From contig CAWDYD010000005.1 in the NCBI GenBank assembly GCA_963806415.1, positions 1,540,287 through 1,604,286 on the forward strand: a stretch of DNA of 64,000 nt, in the 5' to 3' direction. The first letter of the stretch is position 1, and each line of letters opens with the position of its first letter. Positions 41,571-50,691 of this stretch are shown here, in pieces. The DNA is from an uncultured Actinomycetota bacterium (GTDB lineage: Bacteria; Actinomycetota; Actinomycetes; Mycobacteriales; SCTD01). The notes below the pieces were generated by a model that ran no database searches, was not told where the DNA came from, and saw only the letters and a list, made by a program, of their open reading frames with translations. The translations under genes were made by a program, and so were the position numbers.

Positions 41571-42973
41571 ATGAAGGGCTCGACGTACAAGCGGTGCGGC
41601 TGCACCGACGCCGCCGGCAAGCCGCTCGGTGCCGACTGCCCCAAGCTCGGCGGCCGCAGCCACGGCACCTGGTACTACTACGCCGAGCTCGCCACCGGTC
41701 CCGGTGGTCGACGGCGTCAGCGCCAGGGCGGCTTCGCCAGCCAACGCGACGCCCAGGCGGCGCTGGTCGACCTGCTCGACCGGGTCCAGAAGCGCACCCA
41801 CGTCGACGCCGGCCGGCAGACCGTCGGTGACTACCTCGACGACTGGCTCGCCGGCAAGGCCAGGCTGCGGGCGAGCACCCGCCGGACCTACGCCGAGCAC
41901 ATCCGGCTCTACCTCACGCCGGCCCTGGGCCACCTGCGGCTCGACCAGCTCGACGCGGTCGACATCGAGCGGATGTACACCGCGATCCGCAGCCTCGGCA
42001 GCAGCACCGGGCGCGCGCCCGGCCCCGAGGTGAAGGCCATGCTCGCCGCCCGGCAACGCTCACAGCCGGCCCGGCCGCTCACCGCCGCCCGGCTGCGCCG
42101 GATCCACACCACGCTCATGTCGGCGCTGAACACCGCCGTCAAGCGCCGGCTCCTGCCCCTCAACCCCGCCAGCTACGTCGAACTCGACACCGGCCGGCGG
42201 CCCAAGGCGGTGGTGTGGACCGAGCAGCGCGAGGCGCACTGGCGCGCCACCGGCGAGCGGCCCAAGGTCGCGGTCTGGCTCCCGTCGCAGACCGGAGCGT
42301 TCCTCGACCACGCCGAGGCGCACCGGCTCTACGCCCTGCTGCACCTGATCGCCTTCCGCGGCCTGCGCCGCGGCGAGGCCGTCGGCCTGCGCTGGACCGA
42401 GGTCGACCTCGAGCAGGCGACGCTGACCGTCAGCCGGCAGATCCTGCAGCTCGGCGCGCACCTCGAGACCGGCGAGCCCAAGAGCGAGAGCGGCGAGCGC
42501 ACCGTCGCGCTGGACGCCGCCACCGTCGACGTCCTGCGGCTGCACCGGGTCCGCCAGCTCGAGGAGCGGCTGCAGTGGGGCGCGGCCTGGACCGACACCG
42601 GCCTGGTGTTCACCGCCGAGGACGGCACCGCACTGGTGCCCGACCACGTCTCCCGGCTGTTCGCCCGCCTGCTCAAGGAGGCCGACCTGCCGCCGGTCCG
42701 GCTGCACGACCTGCGCCACGGCGCCGCGACCCTCGCTCTGGCCGGCGGCGCGAACCTCAAGGTGGTGTCGGAGATGCTCGGCCACTCCACCATCGCGATC
42801 ACCGCCGACACCTACACCAGCGTGCTGCCCGAGGTCGCCCGGGAAGCCGCCGAAGCGGCCGTCCGGCTGGTGCCCCGCGCGACGTCGGCCGGACATCCCG
42901 GCCCCATTTTGTCCCCATCTGGCGATCAAGGACCGCCACCCAGGGGGTCGCCGGTGACGAAACCGCAGGTCAG
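41571..42973 (+). CDS. tyrosine-type site-specific recombinase (phage/ICE integrase)
   Basis: ATG 41571 (MKGSTYKRCGCTD...). The core-binding domain is present, and the catalytic residues are AFRGLRRGE, HDLRHGAATLAL, LGHSTIAITADTYTS. The frame has no stop before 43331, so it runs antisense through the tRNA and into the adh. The true C-terminus is unresolved. Confidence 0.85.
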
Positions 42974-43062
42974 CGGAGGGCGTGGGATTCGAACCCACGG
43001 AACGAGTCACCCCGCTCAGCGGTTTTCAAGACCGCCGCCATCGGCCTCTAGGCGAGCCCTCC
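42974..43062 (-). tRNA. tRNA-Ser (anticodon TGA)
   Basis: The reverse strand reads GGAGGGCTCGCCTAGAGGCCGATGGCGGCGGTCTTGAAAACCGCTGAGCGGGGTGACTCGTTCCGTGGGTTCGAATCCCACGCCCTCCG. It has a 7-bp acceptor stem, the anticodon loop CTTGAAA, a long variable arm and the T-loop GGTTCGAATCC. It is 89 nt and CCA is not encoded. Confidence 0.9.
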
Positions 43063-43093
43063 CGATGGCCGCTCACCCTAGGCGACCCACCGG

Positions 43094-44146
43094 TCAGTCC
43101 TTGTTCGGCACCAGCACGCCACGGCCGATCATCCGGCCCTCGTCCAGCGCGTGCAGCGCCTCGTTGATCCCCTCGAGCGGGAACGTCGTCGTGGTCAGCC
43201 GCACCGCCCCGCGGGCTGCGAGCGCCACGAGCTCCACCAGCTCGTTGTACGTCCCGCAGATGTTCCCGACGAAGCTGGTCTCCGGGAACAGCGCCTGGCT
43301 GAGGATCTCCACCTCCAGCGTGCCGCCATAGCCGACCAGGAAGTCGACCCCGTTGGCGCCGAGCAGCTCGACGCCGTCCCGCTCGGCGCCGCCCTCGCCG
43401 ACGTAGTCGATGACCACCTCGGCGCCGGCGCCGTCGGTGAGGTCGCGCACCTCCTGCACGTGCGAGCGGTCCTCCCGCGACAGCACCGTGTGGTCGGCGC
43501 CCCAGCCGCGGGCGTGCTCCAGCGCCTCGGGGCTGCGGTCGACCACGATGATCTCGGTCTGCGACAGCGCGCGCAGGGCCTGGATGCCGATGTGGCCGAG
43601 CCCGCCGGCACCGAGCACGACGGTCCGGGTCCCCGGGACGGCGAGCGGCAGGGCCTTGCGGACCGCGCGGTAGGCGGTCAGCCCGGCGTCGCCGAGCGGC
43701 GCGACGTCGACCGGGGTGAGCCCGCCCTTGATCGGCACCACGGCGCGGGCGTTCGTCTTGACGTACTCGGCGAACCCGCCCGGCGCGAACAGCCCCGGGA
43801 ACACCCCGGCGGTGCAGTGCATGTCGTCGCCCGCGCGGCAGGCCTTGCAGTAGCCGCAGGTCGCCAGCGGGTGCAGCAGGACCGGGTCGCCGACGGCGAT
43901 GTGCGACACGCCCGCCCCGACCTCGGCCACCCACCCGGCGGTCTCGTGGCCGCAGACGAACGGCAGGTCGATGCCGGCGCCCTTCTGCGCGGCGTCGAAC
44001 TGGCCGTCCCACATGTGGATGTCGGTGCGGCAGAACCCGGCCGCGCCGACCCGGACGATGACGTCGTTCGGGGACGTGATCGTCGGGTCCGGCACCGTGT
44101 CGATGCTGAAGTCCTTGCGGTACTCGGTGAGCAGGGCGGCTCTCAT
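43094..44146 (-). CDS. Zn-dependent alcohol dehydrogenase family oxidoreductase
   Basis: An intact 350-aa ORF. Motifs: GFCRTDIHMWDG, GHETAGWVAEVG, CGYCKACRAG, VVLGAGGLG. Confidence 0.9.
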   Translation of the reverse strand: MRAALLTEYRKDFSIDTVPDPTITSPNDVIVRVGAAGFCRTDIHMWDGQFDAAQKGAGIDLPFVCGHETAGWVAEVGAGVSHIAVGDPVLLHPLATCGYCKACRAGDDMHCTAGVFPGLFAPGGFAEYVKTNARAVVPIKGGLTPVDVAPLGDAGLTAYRAVRKALPLAVPGTRTVVLGAGGLGHIGIQALRALSQTEIIVVDRSPEALEHARGWGADHTVLSREDRSHVQEVRDLTDGAGAEVVIDYVGEGGAERDGVELLGANGVDFLVGYGGTLEVEILSQALFPETSFVGNICGTYNELVELVALAARGAVRLTTTTFPLEGINEALHALDEGRMIGRGVLVPNKD

Positions 44147-44238
44147 GACGCGGCCTCTCGGGTCGCCTGGTCAGGACAGGACGGGCTGCAACCTCCAACG
44201 CGTTCACAGCTCTGTCAAGCCCGACGCGGACAGGGCTC

Positions 44239-45012
44239 TCAGCGGCGCGGCTGCCAGCGGAACCGCCACACCCCGATTCCCGCGGCCGCCACGCCCCACA
44301 GCGCCATCACCGTCACGTCCGACCAGGCGAACCCGTGCGCCGGCCCGCTCGGAAGCCGCGGGTCGAAGGCCGTGAAGACGGCGCTGTTGAAGTGCCGGAC
44401 CGGGAAGACGTTCGCGATCCGGGTGACCAGCGCGTCGGGCGGGAGTGGGAAGAACGTCCCCGAGATGAACAGCACCGGGAAGAAGACCGCGTTGACGACG
44501 GCGGGCGCGGCGTCGGCGTTCGGCACGAGCGTCGAGACCATCACCCCGATCGCGCAGAACGTCGCCGCGCCGACCAGCAACGCCACCGCCAGGGCGAGCC
44601 AGTGGCCGGGGAACGTCACGCCGTACGCCACCACGCCGAGCCCGGTGGTGAGCACCGTGATCAGCGCGGCCACCACGACCGAGCTGCCGAGCAGCCCGGC
44701 GACCAGCGCCCAGGACGGCAGCGGGGTCGCCCGGAAGCGCTTGAGCTCTCCGGTCTGCCGGCGCAGCGACAGGGAGATCGCGATCTGGGTGTAGGTCGCC
44801 GAGATGATGCCGAAGGCGAGGATCGAGGGGATGTAGAACTGGTTGTACGCCAGCCCGCCGAGGAAGTCGATCGTGGTCCCGGTGTTGATCGACGCGAAGA
44901 CCACCAGGAAGATCAGCGGGAACGCGAAGGTGAAGAAGGCACTCGCCGGGTTGCGCCAGTAGGCCTTCTGCTCGTACCGCACCTGGTGGGCGACGAGCCG
45001 GGCCGGCGTCAC
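44239..45012 (-). CDS. ABC-2 type transporter permease
   Basis: An intact 257-aa ORF with 6 hydrophobic segments. Its start overlaps the ATPase gene stop by 4 nt. Confidence 0.85.
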   Translation of the reverse strand: MTPARLVAHQVRYEQKAYWRNPASAFFTFAFPLIFLVVFASINTGTTIDFLGGLAYNQFYIPSILAFGIISATYTQIAISLSLRRQTGELKRFRATPLPSWALVAGLLGSSVVVAALITVLTTGLGVVAYGVTFPGHWLALAVALLVGAATFCAIGVMVSTLVPNADAAPAVVNAVFFPVLFISGTFFPLPPDALVTRIANVFPVRHFNSAVFTAFDPRLPSGPAHGFAWSDVTVMALWGVAAAGIGVWRFRWQPRR

Positions 45013-45896
45013 GCGGCACCCCCGGTGAGCTGCAGGTAGACGTCCTCGAGCGTGGGCCGGTCCACCGTCAGACCGGTCAACGGCACGTCCCGCTCGACGG
45101 CCCAGCCGGTCAGCGCGTGCAGCGTGCGCACCGCGTCCAGCGTCGTGACCTCGACGAGGGTCCCGGTCCGGACGACCTGGTCACCCGGACCGACCGGCGG
45201 GGTCGCGCCGGTCACGGCGAACCGCACCGTCGCCGGCCCCTCGCCGCGGCCGCTCAGCGACGCCGGCGGCCCCTCGGCGAGCACGAGGCCGCCGGACAGG
45301 ACGCAGACCCGGTCGGCGAGTGCCTCGGCCTCGTCCAGGTAGTGCGTCGTCAGCACGACCGTCGTGCCCTGGTCCCGCAGCGCCCGCACGACGTCCCAGG
45401 CGCCCCGGCGGGCGCTGGGGTCGAAGCCGGTCGTGGGCTCGTCGAGGAACAGCAGGGCCGGCCGGCCGACGATGCCGAGCGCCAGGTCGAGCCGCCGCTG
45501 CTGGCCGCCCGACAGGCGCTGCACCCGCTCGTCCGCCTTGCTGTCCAGCCCGACGAGGCCGAGCACCTCGTCCACCCCGCGGGGCCGGGAGTAGTACGCC
45601 GCGTTCCGGGTCAGCACCTCGCGGACGGTGAGGAACGGGGTGACCGCGATGTCCTGCAGCACGACCCCGACCTGCTGGCGAAGCGCACGGTCCGTCGGCG
45701 GTCGCCCGAGCACGCGCACCGCGCCCGACGACGCCGGCCGGTAGCCCTCGCAGACCTCCAGCGCGCTGGTCTTGCCGGCACCGTTCGGACCGAGCAGGCC
45801 GAAGACCTCGCCCTCGGCGACCTCGAAGCTCACTCCCCGGACGGCGTGCACGTCGCCGTACCGGACGTGCAGGTCCTGCACCTCGACGGCAGCCAT
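45009..45896 (-). CDS. ABC transporter ATP-binding protein (DrrA/ABC-2 exporter type)
   Basis: ATG 45896 (MAAVEVQDLHVRYG). Motifs: GPNGAGKTS, LSGGQQRRLDLA, LFLDEPTTGFD. It is 295 aa. Confidence 0.9.
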   Translation of the reverse strand: MAAVEVQDLHVRYGDVHAVRGVSFEVAEGEVFGLLGPNGAGKTSALEVCEGYRPASSGAVRVLGRPPTDRALRQQVGVVLQDIAVTPFLTVREVLTRNAAYYSRPRGVDEVLGLVGLDSKADERVQRLSGGQQRRLDLALGIVGRPALLFLDEPTTGFDPSARRGAWDVVRALRDQGTTVVLTTHYLDEAEALADRVCVLSGGLVLAEGPPASLSGRGEGPATVRFAVTGATPPVGPGDQVVRTGTLVEVTTLDAVRTLHALTGWAVERDVPLTGLTVDRPTLEDVYLQLTGGAA

Positions 45897-45982
45897 CCAG
45901 GCATCCTGTCGGCCGGTCCAGTCCCCCGGCAAGGACGGCCGGGAGAGCATGACCGGTATGGCGCCGACCGGGACCTCCTGAC

Positions 45983-47496
45983 GTGCGGGTCCGTCGGGTC
46001 GGTGCGCGGGCGCTGCTGCTCGAGGTCGAGCCCGGGGACGGCGAGCCGCTGGCGTGCGTGGCGGCGTGGCGTACGGCCGTGTCCGACCTGGTCGACCGTG
46101 GCGGGCTGGCCCGGCCGGACGACGTCGTCCCGGGCGCGCGCACGCTGCTCCTCGACGGGATCGCGGCGTCGGACGCCCGCCTGCTGGCCCGGCTCGACGG
46201 CGCCCGCGGCGACCTGCGTCCCGGGCCGGTGGTCGAGGTGCCGACCGTGTACGACGGCGAGGACCTCGCCGAGGTGGCCCGGCTCTGGGGCGTGACGCCG
46301 GACGAGGCGGTCGCCCGGCACGCCGGCACCGCGTTCACGGTGGCGTTCTGCGGGTTCGCCCCGGGGTTCCCCTACCTCGTCGGGATGAGCGGCGAGGTGC
46401 CGCGCCGGGCGTCGCCGCGCCCGGCGGTGCCGGCCGGGTCGGTCGCCCTCGCCGGCCGCTACTGCGGGATCTACCCGACCGCGTCCCCGGGGGGCTGGCA
46501 GCTGCTCGGCCGCACCGCGGTTCCGCTGTTCGACCCGGACCGCGACCCGCCGGCCCTGCTGCCGCCCGGGACCCGGGTGCGCTTCGTCCCGGTGCCCTCG
46601 CTGCCATCGCTGCTGCCCGCACGACCGGCGCCGGCCACGGCCGACCGCGCGCTGACCGTGGTCCGAGCCGGGGCGCTGACCACCGTGCAGGACACCGGCC
46701 GTCCCGGCCTGGCCGATCTCGGGGTTCCCCGGTCGGGAGCCCTCGACGCGGCCGCCGCGCGGCTGGCGAACCGGCTGGTGGGCAACCCGGAGGATGCGGC
46801 GGTGCTGGAGACGACCGTGGACGGGGTGGCGCTGCGGGCGTCGGCGCCGATGACGGTCGCGGTCACCGGGGCCGGCGCGCCCGTGCGGGTGGCCGGCCGG
46901 GCCGCCGACCTCGGCCTGTCCGTCGGCGTCGGCGCCGGCGAGGTCGTCGACGTGCGGGGCGGCGGTCACCGGGCTCCGGTCGTACGTCGCGGTCGCCGGG
47001 GGCGTCGACGTCGCCCCGGTGCTCGGCAGTCGCTCCACCGACACGCTCTCCGGGCTGGGACCGCCGCCGCTGCGGGCCGGCGACGTCCTGCCGGTGGGCC
47101 GGGCCGGGCCGATCCCGCCGGTGGACCTCGCGCTGCCGGGCGTCGTCGCCGGGTCGCTGACCCTCGGCCTCCGGCTCGGTCCGCGCGAGGACTGGTTCGG
47201 TGACGACGGTGTGGCGGCGCTGCTCGGCGGCTCCTTCACCGTGTCCCCGCTGAGCAACCGGATCGGCGCGCGACTGCTCGGACCGCCGGTGCCGCGAGCC
47301 GTGCAGGGCGAGCTGGAGAGCGAGGGCATGGTGCTCGGCGCGGTGCAGGTGCCGCCCGACGGCAGCCCGGTGGTGTTGCTCGCCGACCACCCGACGACCG
47401 GCGGCTACCCGGTGATCGGGGTCGTCGACCGGACGGGGTGGCCGCGCTCGCCCAGGCCCGCCCGGGCACGTACGCTTCGTCCGGAGGACCCCGTGA
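45983..47496 (+). pseudogene. fused 5-oxoprolinase subunits PxpB-PxpC (KipI-KipA / allophanate hydrolase subunit 1-2), about 3 frameshifts
   Basis: The PxpB part is FCGFAPGFPYLVGM...GRYCGIYPTASPGGWQLLGRT. It is joined in frame to PxpC (LTVVRAGALTTVQDTGRPG...). The frame switches at ~46955, ~47435 and ~47462. The last segment is ...[15 protein letters not shown] then [10 protein letters not shown] then HVRFVRRTP, with stop TGA at 47494-96. Confidence 0.75.
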
Positions 47497-48248
47497 TCGA
47501 CCTGAACGCGACCTCGGCGAGGGCTTCGGGGTGTGGCGGCTCGGCGACGACGAGGCGCTGCTCGACGTCGTCAGCAGCGCCAACGTCGCCTGCGGCTTCC
47601 ACGCCGGCGACCCGCCGATCCTGCGGGCGGTCTGCGCCCGCGCCGCTGCGGAGGGGGTGTCGGTCGGCGCGCAGGTCGTCCTACCGCGACCTGGCCGGCT
47701 TCGGCCGGCGGCGGATCGACATCGCCCCCGCCGAGCTCACCGACGACGTGCTCTACCAGCTCGGCGCGCTCGACGCCTTCTGCCGGGTCGCCGGTGATCG
47801 CGTCCGGTACGTCAAGCCGCACGGCGCGCTGTATCACGCCACCGTCGAGGACGAGGGGCAGGCGGCCGCCGTGGTGCGGGCGGTGCAGGAGTACGACGCG
47901 ACGCTGCCGGTCCTCGGCCTGCCGGGGTCGGCGCTGCTGCGGGCCGCCGAGACGGCCGGGCTGCGCGGGGTCGCCGAGGGCTTCGTCGACCGGGGGTACA
48001 CCGCCGCAGGGACAGCTGGTGCCGCGCAGCCTGCCCGGGGCGCTGGTGACCGACGAGGACGAGGTGGTCGAGCGGGCGGTCCGGATGGCCACGACCGGGC
48101 GGGTCCTGGCGGTCGACGGCACCGAGCTGCACCTGCCGGTGCGCTCGCTGTGCGTGCACGGCGACACCCCGGGGGCGGTCCGGCTGGCCCGACGGGTCGC
48201 GGCCGCGCTGGAGCACGAGGGGCTGCCGCCGACCGCGTTCGCGACTAG
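47493..48248 (+). pseudogene. pxpA: 5-oxoprolinase subunit PxpA (LamB/YcsF family), 3-4 frameshifts
   Basis: GTG 47493 overlaps the upstream stop. The pieces are (M)[60 protein letters not shown]...KPHGALYHA and GQLVPRSLPGALVTDEDEVVERAV...VHGDTPGAV. The switches are at ~47508, ~47678, ~48005 and probably ~48240 to reach TAG 48246-48. Confidence 0.75.
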
Positions 48249-48623
48249 CCGAGCCCGCCGAGCGCGAGGCCGGCGGCCGCCGCGGCGACCGTCAGCAGCA
48301 GCGTGCCGACCGCGTTGGCCAGGGCGCGGCCGGGCTGAGTCGTCCAGGGCGAGCTGGACGCTGACCACCGAGACGGTGGAGAACGTCGTGAAGCCGCCGC
48401 AGAAGCCGGTGCCGACGACGACCCGCCAGGCGTCCGGCGCTCCGGCGTCGAGCACCGACCCGGTCAGCAGCCCGAGCAGCAGGCTGCCGGCGACGTTGAT
48501 GGCGAGGGTGCCGTACGGGAACGGCGCGGCGACCCGGCTGGTCGCGACGCCGTCGAGGACGACCCGGGCCACGGCGCCGAGCGCGCCGGCCAGCCCGACA
48601 GCGGCGACCAGGGCGAGGCTCAC
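48245..48623 (-). pseudogene. crcB: fluoride channel CrcB/FluC, second paralogue, one frameshift
   Basis: GTG 48623 overlaps the crcB1 stop (GTGA). The sequence is ...PYGTLAINVAGSLLLGLL...GFCGGFTTFSTVSVVSVQLALDDS. After a switch at ~48325 it continues ALANAVGTLLLTVAAAAAGLALGGLG with stop at 48245. The 379-nt length is not a multiple of 3. Confidence 0.8.
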
Positions 48624-49039
48624 GCGTCGACCGGGCGTCGTCGCAGCACGGCGGCCGCTCCGAGCAGGCCGGCGGCGGCCGCGGCCAGGCCGGCGATCAG
48701 GCTGGCCAGCGCGTACCCGAGCGCCAGCCAGGCCTGCCCGTCCCGGCCGAGCAGCACCGTCTCGGTGGCCAGCGCCGAGTACGTGGTGAACGAGCCGAGC
48801 AGGCCGCTGCCCAGGCCCATCCGGATCGCCGTGCCGCGCCGGCCCGGCCGGCGGACCAGGACCGCGGTGAGCGCCCCGAGCAGCAGCGCGCCGGTGACGT
48901 TCACCGTGAACGTCGCCCACGGCCAGCCCTCGGTCGGCAGCACCCGCCCGACCGCGTACCGCAGCAGCGAACCGACCGCTCCGCCCAGCGCCACGAGCAG
49001 CAGCAGCCGGGGCGTCGCGTACGCGGGGCGGGCGGGCAC
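48620..49039 (-). CDS. crcB: fluoride channel CrcB/FluC
   Basis: An intact 139-aa ORF. Motifs: WPWATFTVNVTGALLLG, GLLGSFTTYSA. Confidence 0.88.
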   Translation of the reverse strand: MPARPAYATPRLLLLVALGGAVGSLLRYAVGRVLPTEGWPWATFTVNVTGALLLGALTAVLVRRPGRRGTAIRMGLGSGLLGSFTTYSALATETVLLGRDGQAWLALGYALASLIAGLAAAAAGLLGAAAVLRRRPVDA

Positions 49040-49054
49040 GCACGGAATCCTCGC

Positions 49055-50524
49055 TCAGGCCGGGACGGTGCTGCGGGTCTGGCCCCGGGGTGTCGTCCAG
49101 GTGGTGGTGCCGTCGCGGGCGCGGGTGGGCGTGAAGCCGTCCTGCTTCAGCCGGTGATGGTGCCGGCACAGCGGGTGGAGGTTGCCCACGTCGGTGGGCC
49201 CGGCGGGATAGGCCCGGCGGTGGTCGAGGTCGCAACGGGCGGACGGTCTCGGGCAGCCGGGGAAGCAGCACTGCGGGTCGCGGATGCGGACGACGCACGC
49301 CTGGGAGGCCGTCGGGCGGTAGCGGTCGATGGCAGGTGGAGGTGCCGGGAGGTCGGCGGTGAGGCGGCGCAGGACCTCACCCGGTGCCCCGAGCGGCAGA
49401 GCGCCGGCGCGGGCGTCGACCGCCAGCACCTGGCCGTGCCGGTCGGTGAGCAGCCGGCGCAGGCGCACCGGTCCGAGGCCCAGGGGCAGACCGGCGGCGT
49501 TCCCGAGCAGGTCGGACAGCAGTGTCGGGTCGACCGGGCCGGAGCCGAGCAGCTCGGGGACGCCGTCGCGGGGTGGTCGGCGCCTGGGCGGGCCTGGCGG
49601 CTGCCCGGGCTCCCCCGGCCCCGGCTGGGACACCTCCGGCTGGCCGCCCGCATCTGCGGTCGACGCGGCCAGCAACGCCGCCAGCTCGCCGTGAAGCTCG
49701 GCTGCCAGCACGACCGGCTCGGGCGGCCCGGACCGCACGCCGACCGGCACGTGCACCTGCAGCTCGACCGGGACCGGAGCCGACGCGCGGGCGGCCAGTG
49801 CGCCCAGCAGCGCGTCGAGCTGGCGCCGGCCGCGCGGCCGCGTGTCGTCCGGACCGTCCGGCCCGGCCAGCGCGCCCAGCAGCCGGTCGGCAGTGAGCAG
49901 CGACAGCCCCGGTCCGGTGACGGTCCAGTCGGCCAGCCCGTCCGCCCGCTGGCGGAGCCGGGCACCGGTCCGCGCGGCCGCGGCCTCGGCCCGCCGCGCG
50001 GCCGACCCGGCCGGGTCCAGGCGGATCGCGGTGCGCCGCAGGGTGGTCCGGAGAGATCCGGGCGTGCTGTCCCAGCCGAGCCGGCCGCCGCCGGCCAGGA
50101 CCGCGGTCAGCACCCGCTCGGCCAGCTCGGGCGGCAGCGCCGAGGTCTCGTCCAGGGCGGTCAGGGCGTGCGGGACGCCGAGCCGGCCGTCCCGGAGCAG
50201 CCCGGTCACGAGCGGCAGGGCCCGCAGCCGCCTCGCCACCTCGTACCGGGCCTCGACCGTGAGGGGGTGCAGGCCGAGCGCGAGACCCGCCTCGGCGAGC
50301 GCGTGCGCGCGGCGGCCCGCCCTGGTGTCGTCCGGCGTCGAGTCCCAGAGCGCGAGCAGCGCAGCGCCCTGCGCCAGGAAGGCCCTCGCCGCCTCGCACT
50401 CCGCCCGCTGCAGGGCCAGGACGGGCTCGTCCGGCACGAGCCGTGCGTTCGGCGCAGGCGGCACAGGAGCCGGGCGGGCCGGGCCGGGAGTCACGGGTCC
50501 CGCAGGAGAGGGCGTGTCGAACAT
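49055..50524 (-). CDS. DUF222-type protein with C-terminal HNH endonuclease motif
   Basis: An intact 489-aa ORF. The C-terminus is CCFPGCPRPSARCDLDHRRAYPAGPTDVGNLHPLCRHHHRLK (the HNH family found as 13E12-repeat proteins in actinobacteria). Confidence 0.8.
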   Translation of the reverse strand: MFDTPSPAGPVTPGPARPAPVPPAPNARLVPDEPVLALQRAECEAARAFLAQGAALLALWDSTPDDTRAGRRAHALAEAGLALGLHPLTVEARYEVARRLRALPLVTGLLRDGRLGVPHALTALDETSALPPELAERVLTAVLAGGGRLGWDSTPGSLRTTLRRTAIRLDPAGSAARRAEAAAARTGARLRQRADGLADWTVTGPGLSLLTADRLLGALAGPDGPDDTRPRGRRQLDALLGALAARASAPVPVELQVHVPVGVRSGPPEPVVLAAELHGELAALLAASTADAGGQPEVSQPGPGEPGQPPGPPRRRPPRDGVPELLGSGPVDPTLLSDLLGNAAGLPLGLGPVRLRRLLTDRHGQVLAVDARAGALPLGAPGEVLRRLTADLPAPPPAIDRYRPTASQACVVRIRDPQCCFPGCPRPSARCDLDHRRAYPAGPTDVGNLHPLCRHHHRLKQDGFTPTRARDGTTTWTTPRGQTRSTVPA

Positions 50525-50691
50525 ACGAGCGAATCTACGGCGGACCTGGGACAGTTCCAGGCGTCGCGCACGACCTGTGGACGACGCCGCACCGGCCGCC
50601 AGGAACTGTCGGACGGTCCCGTCATGGTGCCGTCATGACAGCAGTCCCGAACCCCCCGGGCGTGCGTCGTCGCGCACCCCAGCCGCCGACC

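Noticed and set aside
33000-42970. A distal att site (repeat of the tRNA-Ser 3' end) that would delimit the island and show whether the nitrile hydratase operon is cargo.
   Set aside because: I could not find any copy of the cgtgggattcgaaccc-type sequence to the left of the integrase by eye. No boundary is claimed, and a computational search is needed.
49040-49140. A fluoride riboswitch (crcB motif) expected upstream of the crcB pair.
   Set aside because: Only 15 nt separate the crcB start (49039) from the HNH gene stop (49055). The reverse-strand sequence up to 49140 shows none of the conserved riboswitch elements I know, such as the GAUGAUGCCUAC-like 3' part.
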